Shown here in pieces: positions 22,331 to 35,810 of a DNA stretch of 64,000 nt (position 1 is its first letter; each line of letters starts with the position of its first letter). Where the stretch lies: positions 1,302,001-1,366,000 of the forward strand of contig JAPETS010000001.1 in the NCBI GenBank assembly GCA_026023565.1, given 5' to 3'. The position numbers and the translations under genes were made by a program. Origin of the DNA: Cirrosporium novae-zelandiae. Lineage: Eukaryota. Under the pieces are notes generated by a model, which made no database searches, had not been told where the DNA came from, and worked only from the letters and a program-made list of their open reading frames with translations.

Positions 22331-23348
22331 CTAATTTGGAGCGAGAAGGGTCAGCATGAAACTCAGTACACATCAGAATTGGCCTTGGGAAAGATATCAA
22401 ACTATCTATAGACCAATACTACTTTGAGGTCTTAGTAATGTAAAAGGCCGATAGTAATAATATATGGATTCTATACGTGGGATAGAAATGTGGTTTCGTT
22501 GCGGTATCAATGCTAGTCATTAGACGGGACCACAGTGTTGTAGTAGCAAATGAAACAACATAGAAACGAACGAATTTGGGGATTGAGGGTTTTATAACAA
22601 TATCTATGGTGGCGAAATGTACTGAAATGACTTACTCGGGCTCGCGGTGGCGAAACTAGCGAAGTTAGATTTTTTGGTAACAACCCTAGATAAGAGAGCA
22701 TACTCGTAGCTGTACTCCTAATTCCTCCGCATAAATAGGGGTTGGTTGTTTGGATATGTCTGCCATTGCTAGTACTTAATAAGTTTAGAGATTCAAGGCA
22801 TGTTGTAACCCGATTTCCACAAGGGAGACCAAAAAAACTGTGGTGTAAGCTGACTAGCCGACATGAGAAAATGACCCTCATGAAGTATCAAGGAACAATT
22901 TGTCACTTAAGATAGGAACAACCAAGAATGTTCTTGCTATTAATATGGAATAAAAAGGGAAAAAAAGGTATTCATGATGTTCTCACGATGATGGTTCCCT
23001 CTTCATTTGATGCTAAGACCATGCATGTACTCTACCGTAGTAAGGCTAAACTTGTCGTTTTCGGCCGTCTCTCCACATGATTAATTAATTAATTACATAG
23101 TGCATTAAATAGTGCATTGGTAACATCTAAATTACTGAGTAATTAGTCACGTGGAAGCCTAGCCCGAGTAGCTACAACTTTCCGCCCTTGCTACAATTAC
23201 AACTTTCATCTATGCTCGGCCAGCTATTATTCGTATATTCCATGACAAGGATTTTCTATAATCTCCAGCAGGTCTTGAGCATTTACCTCGGCAGTTCACC
23301 TCAATATTACCTCCATCATATTTCCTACTCGAGTGTTATATCACGACA

Positions 23349-24140
23349 ATGGATCTTCTTTCCACCATTCACAAATCTGGCTCACGAGGCGGCCGTGACT
23401 CATTTAAATGGTCTGATGTCGCAAGTTCTAACCACCGTGAAAATTACCTTGGCCATTCTCTCATGGCACCCGTCGGACGTTGGCAAAAGGGCCGTGATCT
23501 AAATTGGTATGCCAAAGCCGAGGATAACAACGGAGAGGATGAACATACGAAAAAGCGGAAAGAAGAGATAAAGAAGATTAAGGAGAAGGAACAGGATGCT
23601 ATGGCTATAGCCTTGGGGTTTGCGCCCCCTGTGGACCCTGTGGAAGGTTCACGGGAAAGAGCAAATGAAAAGGAAGTGCAGAGGGCCATCAAAGATGTTA
23701 CAGACACGGCCCCAGAGCCAGAAGGAGTAGATGTGATGGTAGAAGGGGAAGGGGTAAGAGGGGTTGGGTACGACCGGTACGGAGGGAAAGCTGGCTTTGT
23801 GGATAACGAGGAGAGACTAGCTGGATATAGTCGCGAACAAGGAGGCTTAAACCAACGAGACAAGCCACATAGGCGAGATAAAGAACGGAAGAGGAGCGGA
23901 AGTCGTAATCATGACAAAGAACAAGATAGGCGAAGGAGATACAGAAGTCGATCCATTGATCACAGTCGAATGAAGAACAGAGAACGTGAGAGAAGACACA
24001 GACGAGATGATGAAAAAAGACGTCGCTCCCGCTCGCCAGATCGTGATCGACGACGTGGGAGACGGAATCCTTCTGCTGAGCGCTACGAGCGACCTCGCCG
24101 AGACAGTCCAGATTACAAAAGTTACAATCGTCGGCGATAG
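23349..24140 (+). CDS. MMtag (multiple myeloma tumor-associated 2-like) domain protein with RS/RD-rich tail
   Basis: SRGGRDSFKWSDV...RENYLGHSLMAPVGRWQKGRDLNWYAK, followed by an arginine/serine-rich C-terminus. Confidence 0.88.
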   Translation: MDLLSTIHKSGSRGGRDSFKWSDVASSNHRENYLGHSLMAPVGRWQKGRDLNWYAKAEDNNGEDEHTKKRKEEIKKIKEKEQDAMAIALGFAPPVDPVEGSRERANEKEVQRAIKDVTDTAPEPEGVDVMVEGEGVRGVGYDRYGGKAGFVDNEERLAGYSREQGGLNQRDKPHRRDKERKRSGSRNHDKEQDRRRRYRSRSIDHSRMKNRERERRHRRDDEKRRRSRSPDRDRRRGRRNPSAERYERPRRDSPDYKSYNRRR

Positions 24141-24845
24141 AAGAAACGGCTCTTGCTTATTTCTGATACCATTATCTTTATATCTTATGGGGAAACTCCA
24201 ATTTTACGAAGGGAAGACAACTGAAATTGTTGCCAATCTCTGCTCCCGAACTACGATGGTTCCTCTAATGCACAGATCAGAATGATCCAAGATTTGGTTT
24301 AGGGTTGAGTAAACTCAGCCGACCAAAATTTCAATGAATATCTTCCATAAAGGCAACCTGATCCACAAGGCACCTCCGCAGATAGTTCTGACCTCGAAGG
24401 GTGACATGGAAGTTGCAAAGATATACAAACGTAAAATAATGAAGGCAAGGAGAAGTGGGAACCACAGAGTCCTTGGGGAATGAATGATATCTTCTGAGAA
24501 GATAGATAATAATTCAATCACATCCAAGAGTGCTCTTGGACCCCAAAAGTTTGGAAGAAAAAAAGCAATGTCTCGGAAACGATGATGTTCCCTAAGGCAA
24601 TTATGTTTTTATTAATTTGGGATATAATCAAGTAGTCTTCCATTTAATGCCAAAGGCCATCATGAACAGATTGTAACAGACCTAAAAAACGTCAAGAGGG
24701 CCAACATAAAGCTAAAAGGCCCATTCATTACCTTCGTGTTCTTCTTACCTGTTGCGCTTCAGTCGCATTATAAGGCTGGTGTATATCCGCAACACCATCC
24801 CTCTTACCCCCAAACAGTCAACTCCTTCAGCCGTAGACACCCATT

Positions 24846-25109
24846 CTACTTCCCTTGTCCCGCCTTCTCAACACCCCTAGCAACATCCCTTGCTCCATTT
24901 TCAATTCCCGTAGCTGCACTCGCTATACCGTCTCCGATAGGTTTGCCAGCACTTCCCGTCACGCCGGTAATCGTCTCGCCAAGTCCACGTCCACCAGCAC
25001 CTAGTATGCCGCCAACGGTTTTACTAACGCCCCCGACTGTGTTACCGATAGTAGAGGTCACGAAGAGAGCACCTTTTGAGAGGCCAGAGTCGCTTTGGCC
25101 GACGGGCAT
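24846..25109 (-). CDS. Small Gly-rich protein with amphipathic repeats (hypothetical, LEA/stress-protein-like)
   Basis: 87 aa with strong start context AAAATG and repeated GNTVGGV/KTVGGI/GETITGV units. Confidence 0.7.
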   Translation of the reverse strand: MPVGQSDSGLSKGALFVTSTIGNTVGGVSKTVGGILGAGGRGLGETITGVTGSAGKPIGDGIASAATGIENGARDVARGVEKAGQGK

Positions 25110-25331
25110 TTTGGAGGTATTTTTTTGGTATAGGTAATTGGTGGTTGGGTTGAATGATCAACGTCAAAATTTGGGTTGGGCCTTGCGCTTTCGGTTTGAA
25201 TAAGAGAATTTGTTTGGAATTGAGCTCAGCGCTGCTTGGAATAAACTTGAGTGGCCAGAAAGTTATTATGGAACTCTTGAAGGTTGGATGACAGGTACAG
25301 GAGAGAGATGAGAGTTCATATATTGGGGTCT

Positions 25332-25343
25332 TATGACGTCATA
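25332..25343. promoter_or_regulatory. CRE / ATF-CREB (AtfA-type) palindrome TATGACGTCATA
   Basis: Perfect 12-bp palindrome containing TGACGTCA, about 225 bp upstream of the small Gly-rich gene. Confidence 0.5.
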
Positions 25344-25576
25344 CAGTTGACATCGTGACAATCGTGTTTCCTTCGAGAACGCGTGGCTGGCTCGCAACGT
25401 CTACAAATCATAATGAATTATAATGTTCATGCCCTACCCAAAAGACCCCCTCTTGCCGTGTTATTTCGCAAGGCTATCATCAACATAATCAACCCCACGA
25501 GAGATGAGTAGACGAAGAATCTAAGAATTTTGTTGTTTGGTGAGTGGCAACGGGATATCTGTTATTCCCTCGCCTG

Positions 25577-25639
25577 ATGACCCGTGATCCATGACCCGTG
25601 ATCCATGACCCGTGACCCGTGACCTGAGATCCGTGACCC
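25577..25639. repeat. Tandem repeat ATGACCCGTGATCC (14-bp unit decaying to 7-bp GACCCGT)
   Basis: Directly visible. Confidence 0.85.
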
Positions 25640-26233
25640 AGGCAGGACATCTACAGTGTGGTTTCTGTTAAGGATCTCGGAAGATGCCGTGCCAAGACTA
25701 GATAGTATAACTAGAATATTTTGGATAAATTTAATAAAGAAACCATACACAAAACCACAACAGTAACTTCAGGTACCCACGTGGTACCCAAAGTACCCCA
25801 GGCAAGTAATGAATGTAATGCATATTTTTATATTCTAATCAATCATTTTTCAACCCCACCCCGTATTCCGGAGCATCATCCCAACTTATGGCTATAATTT
25901 CCTATAATTCCCCAACAGGCCCCATGAGAGGCGAGTTTCTTATCATTCACCTGCTCATATAAGCTGATGCCAAGGTCTCGGATAGTTCTTGGACATCTTG
26001 GCTTCGCATTTTTTTCTCTCACTAATCCTCCTTGTCATTGATTTCTATCACAGCCGCACATACAGAGATAGATAAGATGCCGTTTCTTATATTTCTACCC
26101 ATGCGCCGCCCTCTCTTCTTAAACTCTGACAGCTGCTCTAACAGCTCTAGAGCTTCCCGGTTCTTCTTTCGTTACTGTTGTCGCTGAGTTGTTGCTGTTA
26201 TTTAGCTTTGGTGATTGAAGCCTTTGCCCCACT

Positions 26234-28442
26234 ATGAAGGACTGGACACATACCATCAACGATGTTGTCGCTGGAAGCTTCTTCGGACGGCGGTTCCGAC
26301 TTGAGGGGTCTGGACATGTTAGTTCTACAGGCCGCTCCATAACGGTCAACGAAAGCGAAGCCGAAGCTAATCCGACAATATTAACAATAGCGTCGAGAAC
26401 GTAAAGGCTCGCGGTTTTTGACCGAGATACGTGCTGGTTTGGCAACTTTCTTTGCCATGGCTTACATCATCTCGGTATGTTTCCAATATACGATATGCAT
26501 AGGAACACTCTACTTCAAGATTCCACTACTTTTATTCATGAAGAATCGCAAGCTCCTAACCCAATTGCAAATAGGTCAATGCCACAATTCTGACGGACTC
26601 GGGCGGGACGTGTGTCTGCAATAGCACGGAAGATCCTACATGTAGTGACAATACGGAATATAATCTCTGCTTGAATGAATTGAACCGTGATCTCATCACA
26701 GCTACTGCCGCAATATCTGCCCTCTCGTCCTTCTGTATGGGGTTGTTTGCGAATATGCCTATTGCATTAGCTCCTGGAAGTAAGTCTTAGAATCTCTGTA
26801 CATTGACGGATTCTCTAGGACGGTTACTAATCTAGTTTAGTGGGGTTGAATGCTTACTTTGCCTATAGCGTGGTTGGATTCCATGGCACCGGCCCAGTTT
26901 CATATCGGCTGGCCTTGACTGCTGTTTTCGTTGAAGGCTTTGTATTCGTTGGTCTTACTCTCATTGGTATGCGACAATGGCTTGCCCGTGCCATTCCAAA
27001 ATCCATCAAACTAGCGTCTGGCGTTGGTATTGGACTGTACTTGAGTATGTTTATTCCTATGAATTCCTACCGTGATCTATTTGCTCCGGCACATAAGCTA
27101 ACCAATATGTACAGCTCTTATTGGTCTCTCGTACAGTGCTGGAATTGGCGCGATCACGGGCGCGCAAGACACACCATTAGAGCTTGCGGGCTGTCGGGAA
27201 TCTGAACTTGACGACGACGGTATTTGCCCCTCATCTACTAAAATGCGTAGCCCTACGCTCTGGATAGGTATCTTCTGTGGGGGGATTTTCACAGCTGTAC
27301 TACAAATGTACCGAATCAAAGGTGCTATCATCGCTGGGATTCTTCTAGTTTCGATCATATCCTGGCCACGGCCCACATCCGTAACGTATTTCCCTTATAC
27401 TGCAGAGGGTAATGATAGTTTCGACTTCTTCAAAAAAGTTGTTACTTTTCATCCAATTAGGAAGGTTTTGTCGGCCCAGGAATGGAACCTTTCTAATGCT
27501 AGTGGCCAGTTCGGTCTCGCTTTTATCACTTTCCTATATGTAGATATCCTGGATGCCACCGGTACTCTCTACTCTATGGCTCGTTTCTGTGGCGCTATCG
27601 ATGAAAAGACTCAAGACTTCGAGGGTTCCGCTGTTGCATACCTAGTTGATGCGCTCAGTATCTCGATTGGTTCTCTTTTTGGCACAAGCCCAGTAACTGC
27701 ATTTATCGAATCTGGTGCCGGTATTTCCGAAGGTGGAGCTACAGGTATAACTGCTATGACCACTGGAGTCTGCTTCTTTATCTCAGTATTCTTTGCACCG
27801 ATATTTGCTTCCATTCCGCCCTGGGCCACAGGATGCACATTGATTCTTGTGGGGGCCATGATGTGCAAAGCAGCTGCAGATATCAACTGGCGCTACGTTG
27901 GGGATGCTGTGCCTGCATTTGTTACTTTAGCTGTCATGCCATTTACGTACTCCATCGCTTACGGTCTTATTGCAGGCATTATTACCTACATGATTCTGAA
28001 CACGATTACATGGCTATTCGAAGTTGCCTCTAGTGGCAGGATCAAGCCTCATAACAAAGAGATCAAAGACCCCTGGACTTGGAAAATCCCAGGTGGTATT
28101 CTACCCGGATGGGTTGTCAGGCTAGCAAGAGGGTAAGTGATGTCGTTTGGTGTTGAACAGAGTACCGTCCGAACAACGCCATCGTCCTTTCATATTAACA
28201 TCAAACTAATGCCTTTCTCCATCAGCAAAAAAGACTTCTGGCGCGCCGACGACGAGGACTACAGTCCTCGTCGCGAATCCCTAACAACTCAGGATCACCA
28301 AGGTTTAGGTCGTACAGCCGTCGGGATCGATTCCACCAAGCCACTCTCAGCCGCTGGCTCGGGTATAGGAATTGACGACGACGCGAGTGGTGGGATGAAA
28401 GAGAATAAGACCTGCGAGAAGAATGCAGACAATGTTGTCTAA
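26234..28442 (+). CDS. azgA: AzgA-like purine (adenine/guanine/hypoxanthine) transporter
   Basis: MKDWTHTINDVVAGSFFGRRFRLEGSGH, TEIRAGLATFFAMAYII, ANMPIALAPG, GLNAYFAY, GIGLYL, YVDILDATGTL, PVTAFIESGAG and MPFTYSIAYG. About 5 introns. Confidence 0.9.
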
Positions 28443-30446
28443 AAAGGTAGTAAGATCCAAAGCATATTTCCATCGGACTGGAGGCGCTTTTATTCTCGTT
28501 GGTACTTGTGCAAAGACCTTATGCCTTAGTTTTCGGGACAGGCAGGATGAACACCAAGTTATAATAATAGTTCAACCTTGTACGCAACAAGTTGTCTCGA
28601 ATCTAGTTAGCATCAGGATTCGGTAGGGGAAATAAGCCGTAAGTTCACGTATAATGAACAAGTGATCCTAGATGCTGTTTAATATACTAGTGGCGGCACG
28701 ACACAGGTCACGATACGAGAAACTTTTTGACTAGACATGCAAAGCAAACAAATAAAACAAAATTGCAGTTAAAGTTCCTCAATCCATACCCACATAACCG
28801 ACCAACTATATTATATAAATATGCTAGGATACCCTTTCCACTCCATCCTCGACAACTGGAAAGCAACGAACATGGAATGGCACGCGCCGTGGAGAGAGTT
28901 CCACTATGCATGCATATCTGCAGGTACAATCACAATGGTGCATAATGCATAATAAAATAAGCATTCATGCGTCCGCCTAGTTTACGTGTCTGTATACTGT
29001 GTATTCGTTAGTTCCAATATTATTAGCTAACTCAAACTTTTTTTTTCTCTCCAATAACTAACTAGACCACGGACCATGCAGAATTACCCCATTTGAAAAA
29101 TTTCTTAATGCATCATGTACTGTACCTTATACTTCCTATAACCCTACCGTGCAGTTAGATAGAAGAACTGTTGGCTCGTAGATAGTTAGTGCCCCCCAGA
29201 CGAAACGGTTTCAGTTGGTAGCAGCGTAAAACTTAACTTTATATATAGAGTGATATAGTAGACAACGATAGAGTACTTTATAGTTCCTCCCCCCTTTTCT
29301 TCTCGATAACGGTACCCTAGTGCGTGTGTGTACGCCGTGGAAGGTAATTATTATAGTTTCAATTACCCCATCAGGTAATATTGCAAGTTTTGTGGAATTA
29401 ATTCTCTAGAGTCGCTCAAGGATTTGTTCGATATGTCATCGTTATTATATGTCCTACGTATGCACACAACGCACATGTACATTTATCATCTGAGACATTG
29501 AACCAAAACCAAAGCCCCATAAAATAAGTAACTATCAACTGGGCTAACTATGTTCGTCTACTTACTAATTCTTTTTTATATGTCAAGAAAGCTTGGTCCG
29601 TCCGTCTAAATAATCCAATCCATGCTTGATTTCCACCCCTCCTTTCCCCTGCCTCTCCGGACCTGTGGGGCACTAGAGAACCAGGTGACGTAAAAAATGC
29701 CCGTCTAGCTAAAAGTTGAAACAAAAGGCCTAAAAAATATCATTAGTTGGGTGGTTTGTTTATTATTAGTATTTGGAAGTGGATATGGATTATATTTCCT
29801 TTAATATACGTACATATATCTAGACCATTTAAAATAACGTGGTCAAGTAAGTCTGATAGGATTTACAGTGCAAAAAGCGGACAAGTAAAATTGATGTTGT
29901 TGTTATTAACCTTTACTTTTGTTTACTCGCAACGCACAGAACACTAATATCCCTGTGTACGAAGTACGGGGATCTATCCATCTGTGGATAGTTAGCTCAG
30001 TGTAAAAAATTAATCTTACTTTCAATAAGTCTATTAGTGAAATATCGTTTCCCCTACCTGTTAATCGTTAATTCGGTTTCAAGTTTTAAATAGAAGGTGC
30101 TATGAAGCTTGTTTTTAATACAAGAAATCATTACCATTTTTTTTATCGAAAGTCTAAGCTACCTTGTTTGTGTACATGTATGGAGATGTGTACTTAGGGT
30201 ACCACCATCAAAGAAAGGACATGGATCGCATTATTATCGAAGTGTTGGATTTCGATTTTGGACTCACAAACATACAACACGACACGCATAAGATCCAACA
30301 AAATCCTGAAACAATTGTTATTATACACGTCGTGCCCCCATTATGGGCCCGACCGGGAGTCACAGTTTTTTCCCTTCCATATCTCACTCCTCTCCCCAGC
30401 TACGCCAGCTTTCCCTAAAAGGAGAGGGGGGGAAAGAAGGCCTAAC

Positions 30447-32588
30447 TTAAACTCCACTTTCATCAGTGGTCACATCGATTCCAGTGTCTTCCGTAAAGCT
30501 GTTCCAAGCCTGACACCCCTCATTCAAGCTGTCATAATCAATCATGTCCCTAATCTTACTCTGCATTTCCAGCAACTGGATGGCAAAGCCCTCGCCCGTG
30601 TGCCACCCGATGTGGCAGTGCATCAGCCAGGCGCCAGGGTTGTCGACCGGGAAACCGATGACGAGGTAGCCGTTGCTAGGCATGAGCGCGACATCTCTGC
30701 GGGGTGGGTTAGACGTAGTGAGGGTTGCGGATGAGGTAGAAAAGGTTCCGGTGCCAGATGCGAGAACGTAGAAGTCGTGGCCGTGGAGATGAATAGGATG
30801 AGCACCTCCGGCTTGGGCTTCGATGATAACGTAGGCCCATTCACCCTCGGTGGGAAGTACGTAGACAGCCTCGGATGTATTGAAGGTGGTGTCGTTGTTG
30901 TAGACTTGATAGAGTGTAGGGTTATCCCAGTTGACGATCATGGTTGTGTCGTTGAGATACCAGCGGAAGGGGCTACCGGAGACAGTAGCAGAGAGCTCGG
31001 CTTCATAATCCTCGTCACTGACGTCAAGAGCGAGGTACGGGACAAGATTCGAGGAATCTTCGTCCTCACAAGTTGCTTCGGTGGTGATGTAGGAGATCGT
31101 GGAGGGAGTAGAGCTGCTCGAACTGTCGTAGCGGAGAATGCCTCGGATGTCGTCGGCGTTGGCATTATCAGAACAGGAACCGGGAATGGCACGGATCCAG
31201 TAGTCAGTCACGTTAGAGAGTGGTTGAGTAGCGTTGAGAATGATGTCGTAGCGTTGGCCTAGGAATAGATGTCAGTAAGATGTCCCATACCTCTAGGAGT
31301 GTATGATAACGAAGGGTCGAGCTCACCCATTGCCATGTTCAAAACAGTTGCTTCATATGGTACAATCGGAACTAGGTCATTTGCAATTACAGTGAAAGTA
31401 TGGTTATCAATACTGAATTGAAAATGCGTATCAATAGCAGCATTCACAAGACGGATGCGGTAACTAGTTCCTTCCTCAACCACTTGTTCGAATCGGGACC
31501 CAGTCACGGTACCACTATTATTGTAGACGTTTGTGCCGTTAATGAGACCTGTGTCTAACTCAGGGGGACCACTATATTCTGCCCGTATGAACATTTGATC
31601 GGCTGTTGCATGAAACCAATCGTTCAAAAATAGATGTCCGAGATCCTCGTCGTAGTTGGCAGTAGCAGGTCCATTTATGAGGATGCCACCAAATACACCA
31701 TTCCAGGCCTGCACGCTGAAATGGGAGTGATACCATGAGGTTCCATATTGAGTAGCTCTCCATTTGTAGGTGGTTGTGTAGCCTGGGGGGGCTGGGCATT
31801 GAGTGAGTGAGGCAACACCATCCTGGTCGTTGGTATAGTTTTGTCGAATGCCATGAAAATGCAAACTCGATCCATTATTAGTCAGGCTATTCGTTAGATG
31901 AACAACTGTCACACAGTTAGTTGCTTATCATTTCCCGAAGAGAGAAAATCATGAGGCTAGAAGGGCCAGCGATGGGCAAAGAAAAAAATCTCGAAGTAAT
32001 CTACTTACTAACAGTGTCGCCCCAGTCTGCAATTATAGTGGGTCCAGGGAATGATCCATTGATTAGGGAAACAATTTTCTCAATGCCATCAGGAGAAGCA
32101 GTTGTGTTGGTGACCTCGAACCAGTACTAAAAATGAAGTTAGCGACGACAATATTCATAGTGCAGAATGCTGTTTCAATGTGAGCCATTGCCAGGAACTC
32201 GGTAACTAATACCAAGCATTCAATTGCAAAGAAGTGATTGACAATAAAGTTCTGACTACCGGGATGCTCTGATGCCATTCTAGGTAAAATAGGTTCTGCC
32301 GGGGTACATGGGACGGTGGATACTAACCTCTCTGGTAACCCCGGTATCCGGGACTTCGTTATAGTAGTTGGTGCTGAGACCATAGTCACCCCAACAGTCC
32401 CGAGAAGAAGCGCTATTGGTGCATCTTTTAGATAAAGATTTATCAGAATGGAGAGAAGAATGTGAGTAAGAACGAGAATGGGAATGAGCACGAGGGTGTA
32501 GAGGATAAGGAGGGCTTGGAGTGGCAAAAGCAAGGGCTGAAAAGAACGAGATCAAGAAGATCCAAAGGGTGCTCAAATGAATGGTCAT
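30447..32588 (-). CDS. Secreted laccase / multicopper oxidase (AA1)
   Basis: Signal peptide and Kex2 KR site. All four copper motifs are present: HFHG, WYHSH, HPIHLHGH and HCHIGWH. C-terminal ESGV. 3 introns. Confidence 0.95.
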
Positions 32589-34408
32589 TTTCAAAATCCA
32601 AAGACGTATGAATAAACCGAATAAATGTCAGAAAAGAGCGGAGTGTGTTTAAGCCAATTGAAAGAACTATAATGAGAATAATTGTCATGAGAAGCTCTCG
32701 TTATAAGAACTTCTAGTCGGTCGAGGCCTGAGGATTCCCACCTGACTCGAACCGGAGCTCTCCAAGTAGAGGGGTCAAGGTGAGAAGAAACAATAACGGC
32801 CTGTCTGCATCAAGCACAGTATTCATCATGCCTATCATGGCTATACATGACAGACGCGTAATCTCTGCATGCAGTGTTCAGCTTTGGTGATGCAGATCTC
32901 AAGTCGAGCAACACCCGAATATGCATTATCTAGTTAGAATTCAGGTAGTAGGTAGAGGGTCCGCGAGAAATCTGTGAAACCGTGTTTTCATCAAAAAAAA
33001 ATAACGTTGTCACAGAAAGGGGCGGAGGGCCTAACAGACAATCATACAAGTAAGACAAATAAGGAAAAAGAGTACCTCACGATAAGCTATGGATAAAGTC
33101 AAATAAACTTGACACGGTTCATGGCTCTAGCTATTATTAAACACACGAGACCCGCACGGTGGAAAGGGAACTCGTCATGCACATGAGAACCTCGTTCTTA
33201 ATATGATCCATAATATAGAATGTGGATTGACGATAATGAATGAAACAGAGCAAAACATGAGATGACAAAACAAACAAGACTATCGAAAGGCAGGAAGATA
33301 CATGCTGAAAAGGTTAATGACGGTTGGAGGCAAAAGTCAATGTAGATTTTGGTTTAATATGGGAGAGCGTTAAGATGGTCGGGCAGTTAAGCAGGTAGGA
33401 TTCTCAGCCGCATCAGTTAGGAGGATTATCGAATCATGCAGATGTGATTGATTGAGTGATTGAATGAATGATTGATTGATTTAATTGATTGATGACTGTG
33501 GGTAGTTAGTTGTTACACACAAAACACGACAAGAGAAGTTTAGAAAGGAACAGATGATTGAGATTCTGAGGACTAGTGGCTTAGTGGTTAGTGGCGAGTT
33601 CCTAGTGTTTGGCAATTGTTTGTTTGGCCAATTAGTCACTTCAATTACTTAGTTACTTTACCGAGGTCGTTGTCTAGCGTCGGCGTTAGTAGACGCAAGG
33701 TCCAACTTGCGTCCCAAGCGTCTAGATAAGGCCGCCCAGAGAGTTGTCTGGGGGGAGGAGGAAAGAAGGGAGACCCTTACCCGAAAATAGTTAAATCCAT
33801 CGGCCAACAGTGGCTGGGTTGCCGACGTGGCTTGGTGGATTTGATTTAATCCAGTTAGGTAATCAGCTAATCAGTTAATCAGTGGACCCCGAAACGCGCG
33901 GATAGAGGGACCCCCTCCAACCAAACCCAAACTAGGACTAGAGCCGAACCCGTTCTTATCGATTGAATTCAGATGATTATGCATCTTCCTCGTCTTCGGG
34001 TTCCTGCAGATTCCCTTATGAGGAAAAAAAACAAAAAACAAAAAAAAATCCCTCGTATAACTAATTTGTCCTCCTTTTATTGTCGATCCTGTATCACGGT
34101 CCTGGCAAAAAATAAAAATAAAACATGACGCGGTCTTTTGCTGAATTTGAATCAATTATCGTCATCTTCATTTACGTATCAGACTGACTCTATCTCCGAG
34201 CATGATTCCTCCTGGATGTATAATTCTTGTCCATATATGACATGACATGACATGAAATGAAATCCATGCTTCGAGTCAACTCTTCATATTATATCTCTCC
34301 TACCCTTCCAGCCTCTCTGAATTCTCATCTCATTCTGCATGTCGTTCATTTAAATCTTTACTCATTTTTTAGTACCAAACAGATTCTACTGTTGATAAGA
34401 TAGCTAGC

Positions 34409-35107
34409 ATGTTCACACTACTTCTCCTTGCTTATTGCGCTCTGCTCGCAGCGGCTTCCCCTACTCATCGTCTTTCGCACCGTCATGATATCAAAGAACG
34501 AAGCACCCCAAACGGTTCCTTCCGCATATATGCCTATGGCCCGAATATCACTGGTTTGCCTATCTTCTATGCGAATTGTATGTCTCCATGCCCATCTTTA
34601 GGACTTCAGCTATCTAATCCTTCATCTTCCCCTAGCAATTGCTTACATTGGGCACCATGCCCCAAGCAACATATCAGACAATGCCGCTGCTAACCTCACC
34701 TGTAAATACTCCCCTATTCAATATGTGATAAACGACAAAAAGTTAACAATACAAAAGTTTCAATGAACTCCACCTCCTTGTACATCAGTCCAACCACCAC
34801 AAAGAATTGGACCTTGACCTCCCAGATGTTTATCGTACCTGAATCCGACATCCTATCTCCTGTCGGCTTCACGTCAGTCTGGACTACTCAGACACAGCCT
34901 AAAAATTCCGTGTCCACTGGTTTCGTCTTTTATGGGAATCAACTGAGCTGGGAGAGCTCGGATGGCACTCTGCTGGCTAATTTCTGGGCTGAACCTACCA
35001 CGAAAAAGGATTTGTATATATTGAACTGGAACAACAATAATACCGCCGAATCGGGCATGTCGCCCGTTTTGTTGGAGTATTCGGAGCCAACATACATTAC
35101 CCATTAG
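34409..35107 (+). CDS. Small secreted protein of unknown function (3 exons)
   Basis: Signal peptide MFTLLLLAYCALLAAA, then FRIYAYGPNITGLPIFYAN, TGFVFYGNQL, ANFWAEP and LYILNWN. Canonical introns restore one frame. Confidence 0.8.
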
Positions 35108-35369
35108 CGAGAAACATGCCATGTTTCCTATCACTTATGAGAATGGAGATAGGACTGTCGATTCAACGAATGGTGGCAGCGAATGAGGCAAGGCTCAAGG
35201 GTCGTTCGTGAAGGAATTCCAGAGGATAAATAGCATGGTTTAACTCTAGTTGAGGAAACCAGGTTGCCGCAATAATCATATTTCTTCCTTTGATTTTGCC
35301 CGCACTTGCCGTGAAGAGGCTTTTAGAAATCCTACTACTACTATTTTCGAGCAATTCATTCGTTCTTCT

Positions 35370-35810
35370 TTAGATCGAAAGTTTTATTATACTTTCTAAG
35401 TGTTGACTGGCAGCTAGATGTAGAGGGGTTTGTTTTTGCTTATCTTGAGCATCTGCATTGGCACACCATAGCCTAGAAGGAATTTAGTTGCTTCTGAGAA
35501 ATTCCATAAAACGACTAGATGCAACGGCGTAGGTCCAAGCCGCCCTAATTGACCATGAATGTTGGCCTTAAACCCAAGAAGTAGTTCAAAAATCTATATA
35601 TTTTTTATCGGGCGTGATTTTCCCAATCTAGGCAAAAGTAGCCAAGGATTATTAGAGGAGTTGTGCCGCTCACATTGATCTTTGCCCCCTTTTCGAGCAA
35701 CATCTCAGCAGCAAGACGGTCTGTGCGGCGGATGGCAAAATATAGAAACATGTTCAAAGTACAGTATAGCACATGGATTACATCCACTCTATAAAAGACA
35801 TTCAACAATG
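35370..35810 (-). pseudogene. Frameshifted ankyrin-repeat gene relic
   Basis: Three consecutive frames give LYFAIRRTDRLAAEMLLEKGAKINVSGTTPL, FELLLGFKANIHGQLGRLGPTPLHLVVLWNFSEATKFLLGYG and ANADAQDKQKQTPLHLAASQHLESIIKL. Confidence 0.75.

Noticed and set aside
24315..24527. Hydrophobic 70-aa ORF
   Set aside because: It starts at TTG, has no upstream in-frame ATG and resembles no family.
29948..29992. Two adjacent small hairpins resembling a Helitron 3' end
   Set aside because: No terminal CTRR at the expected distance and no Rep/helicase remnants.
32744..32753. Isolated B-box-like GGTTCGAGTC in the laccase promoter
   Set aside because: No cloverleaf or A-box, so it is compatible with chance.
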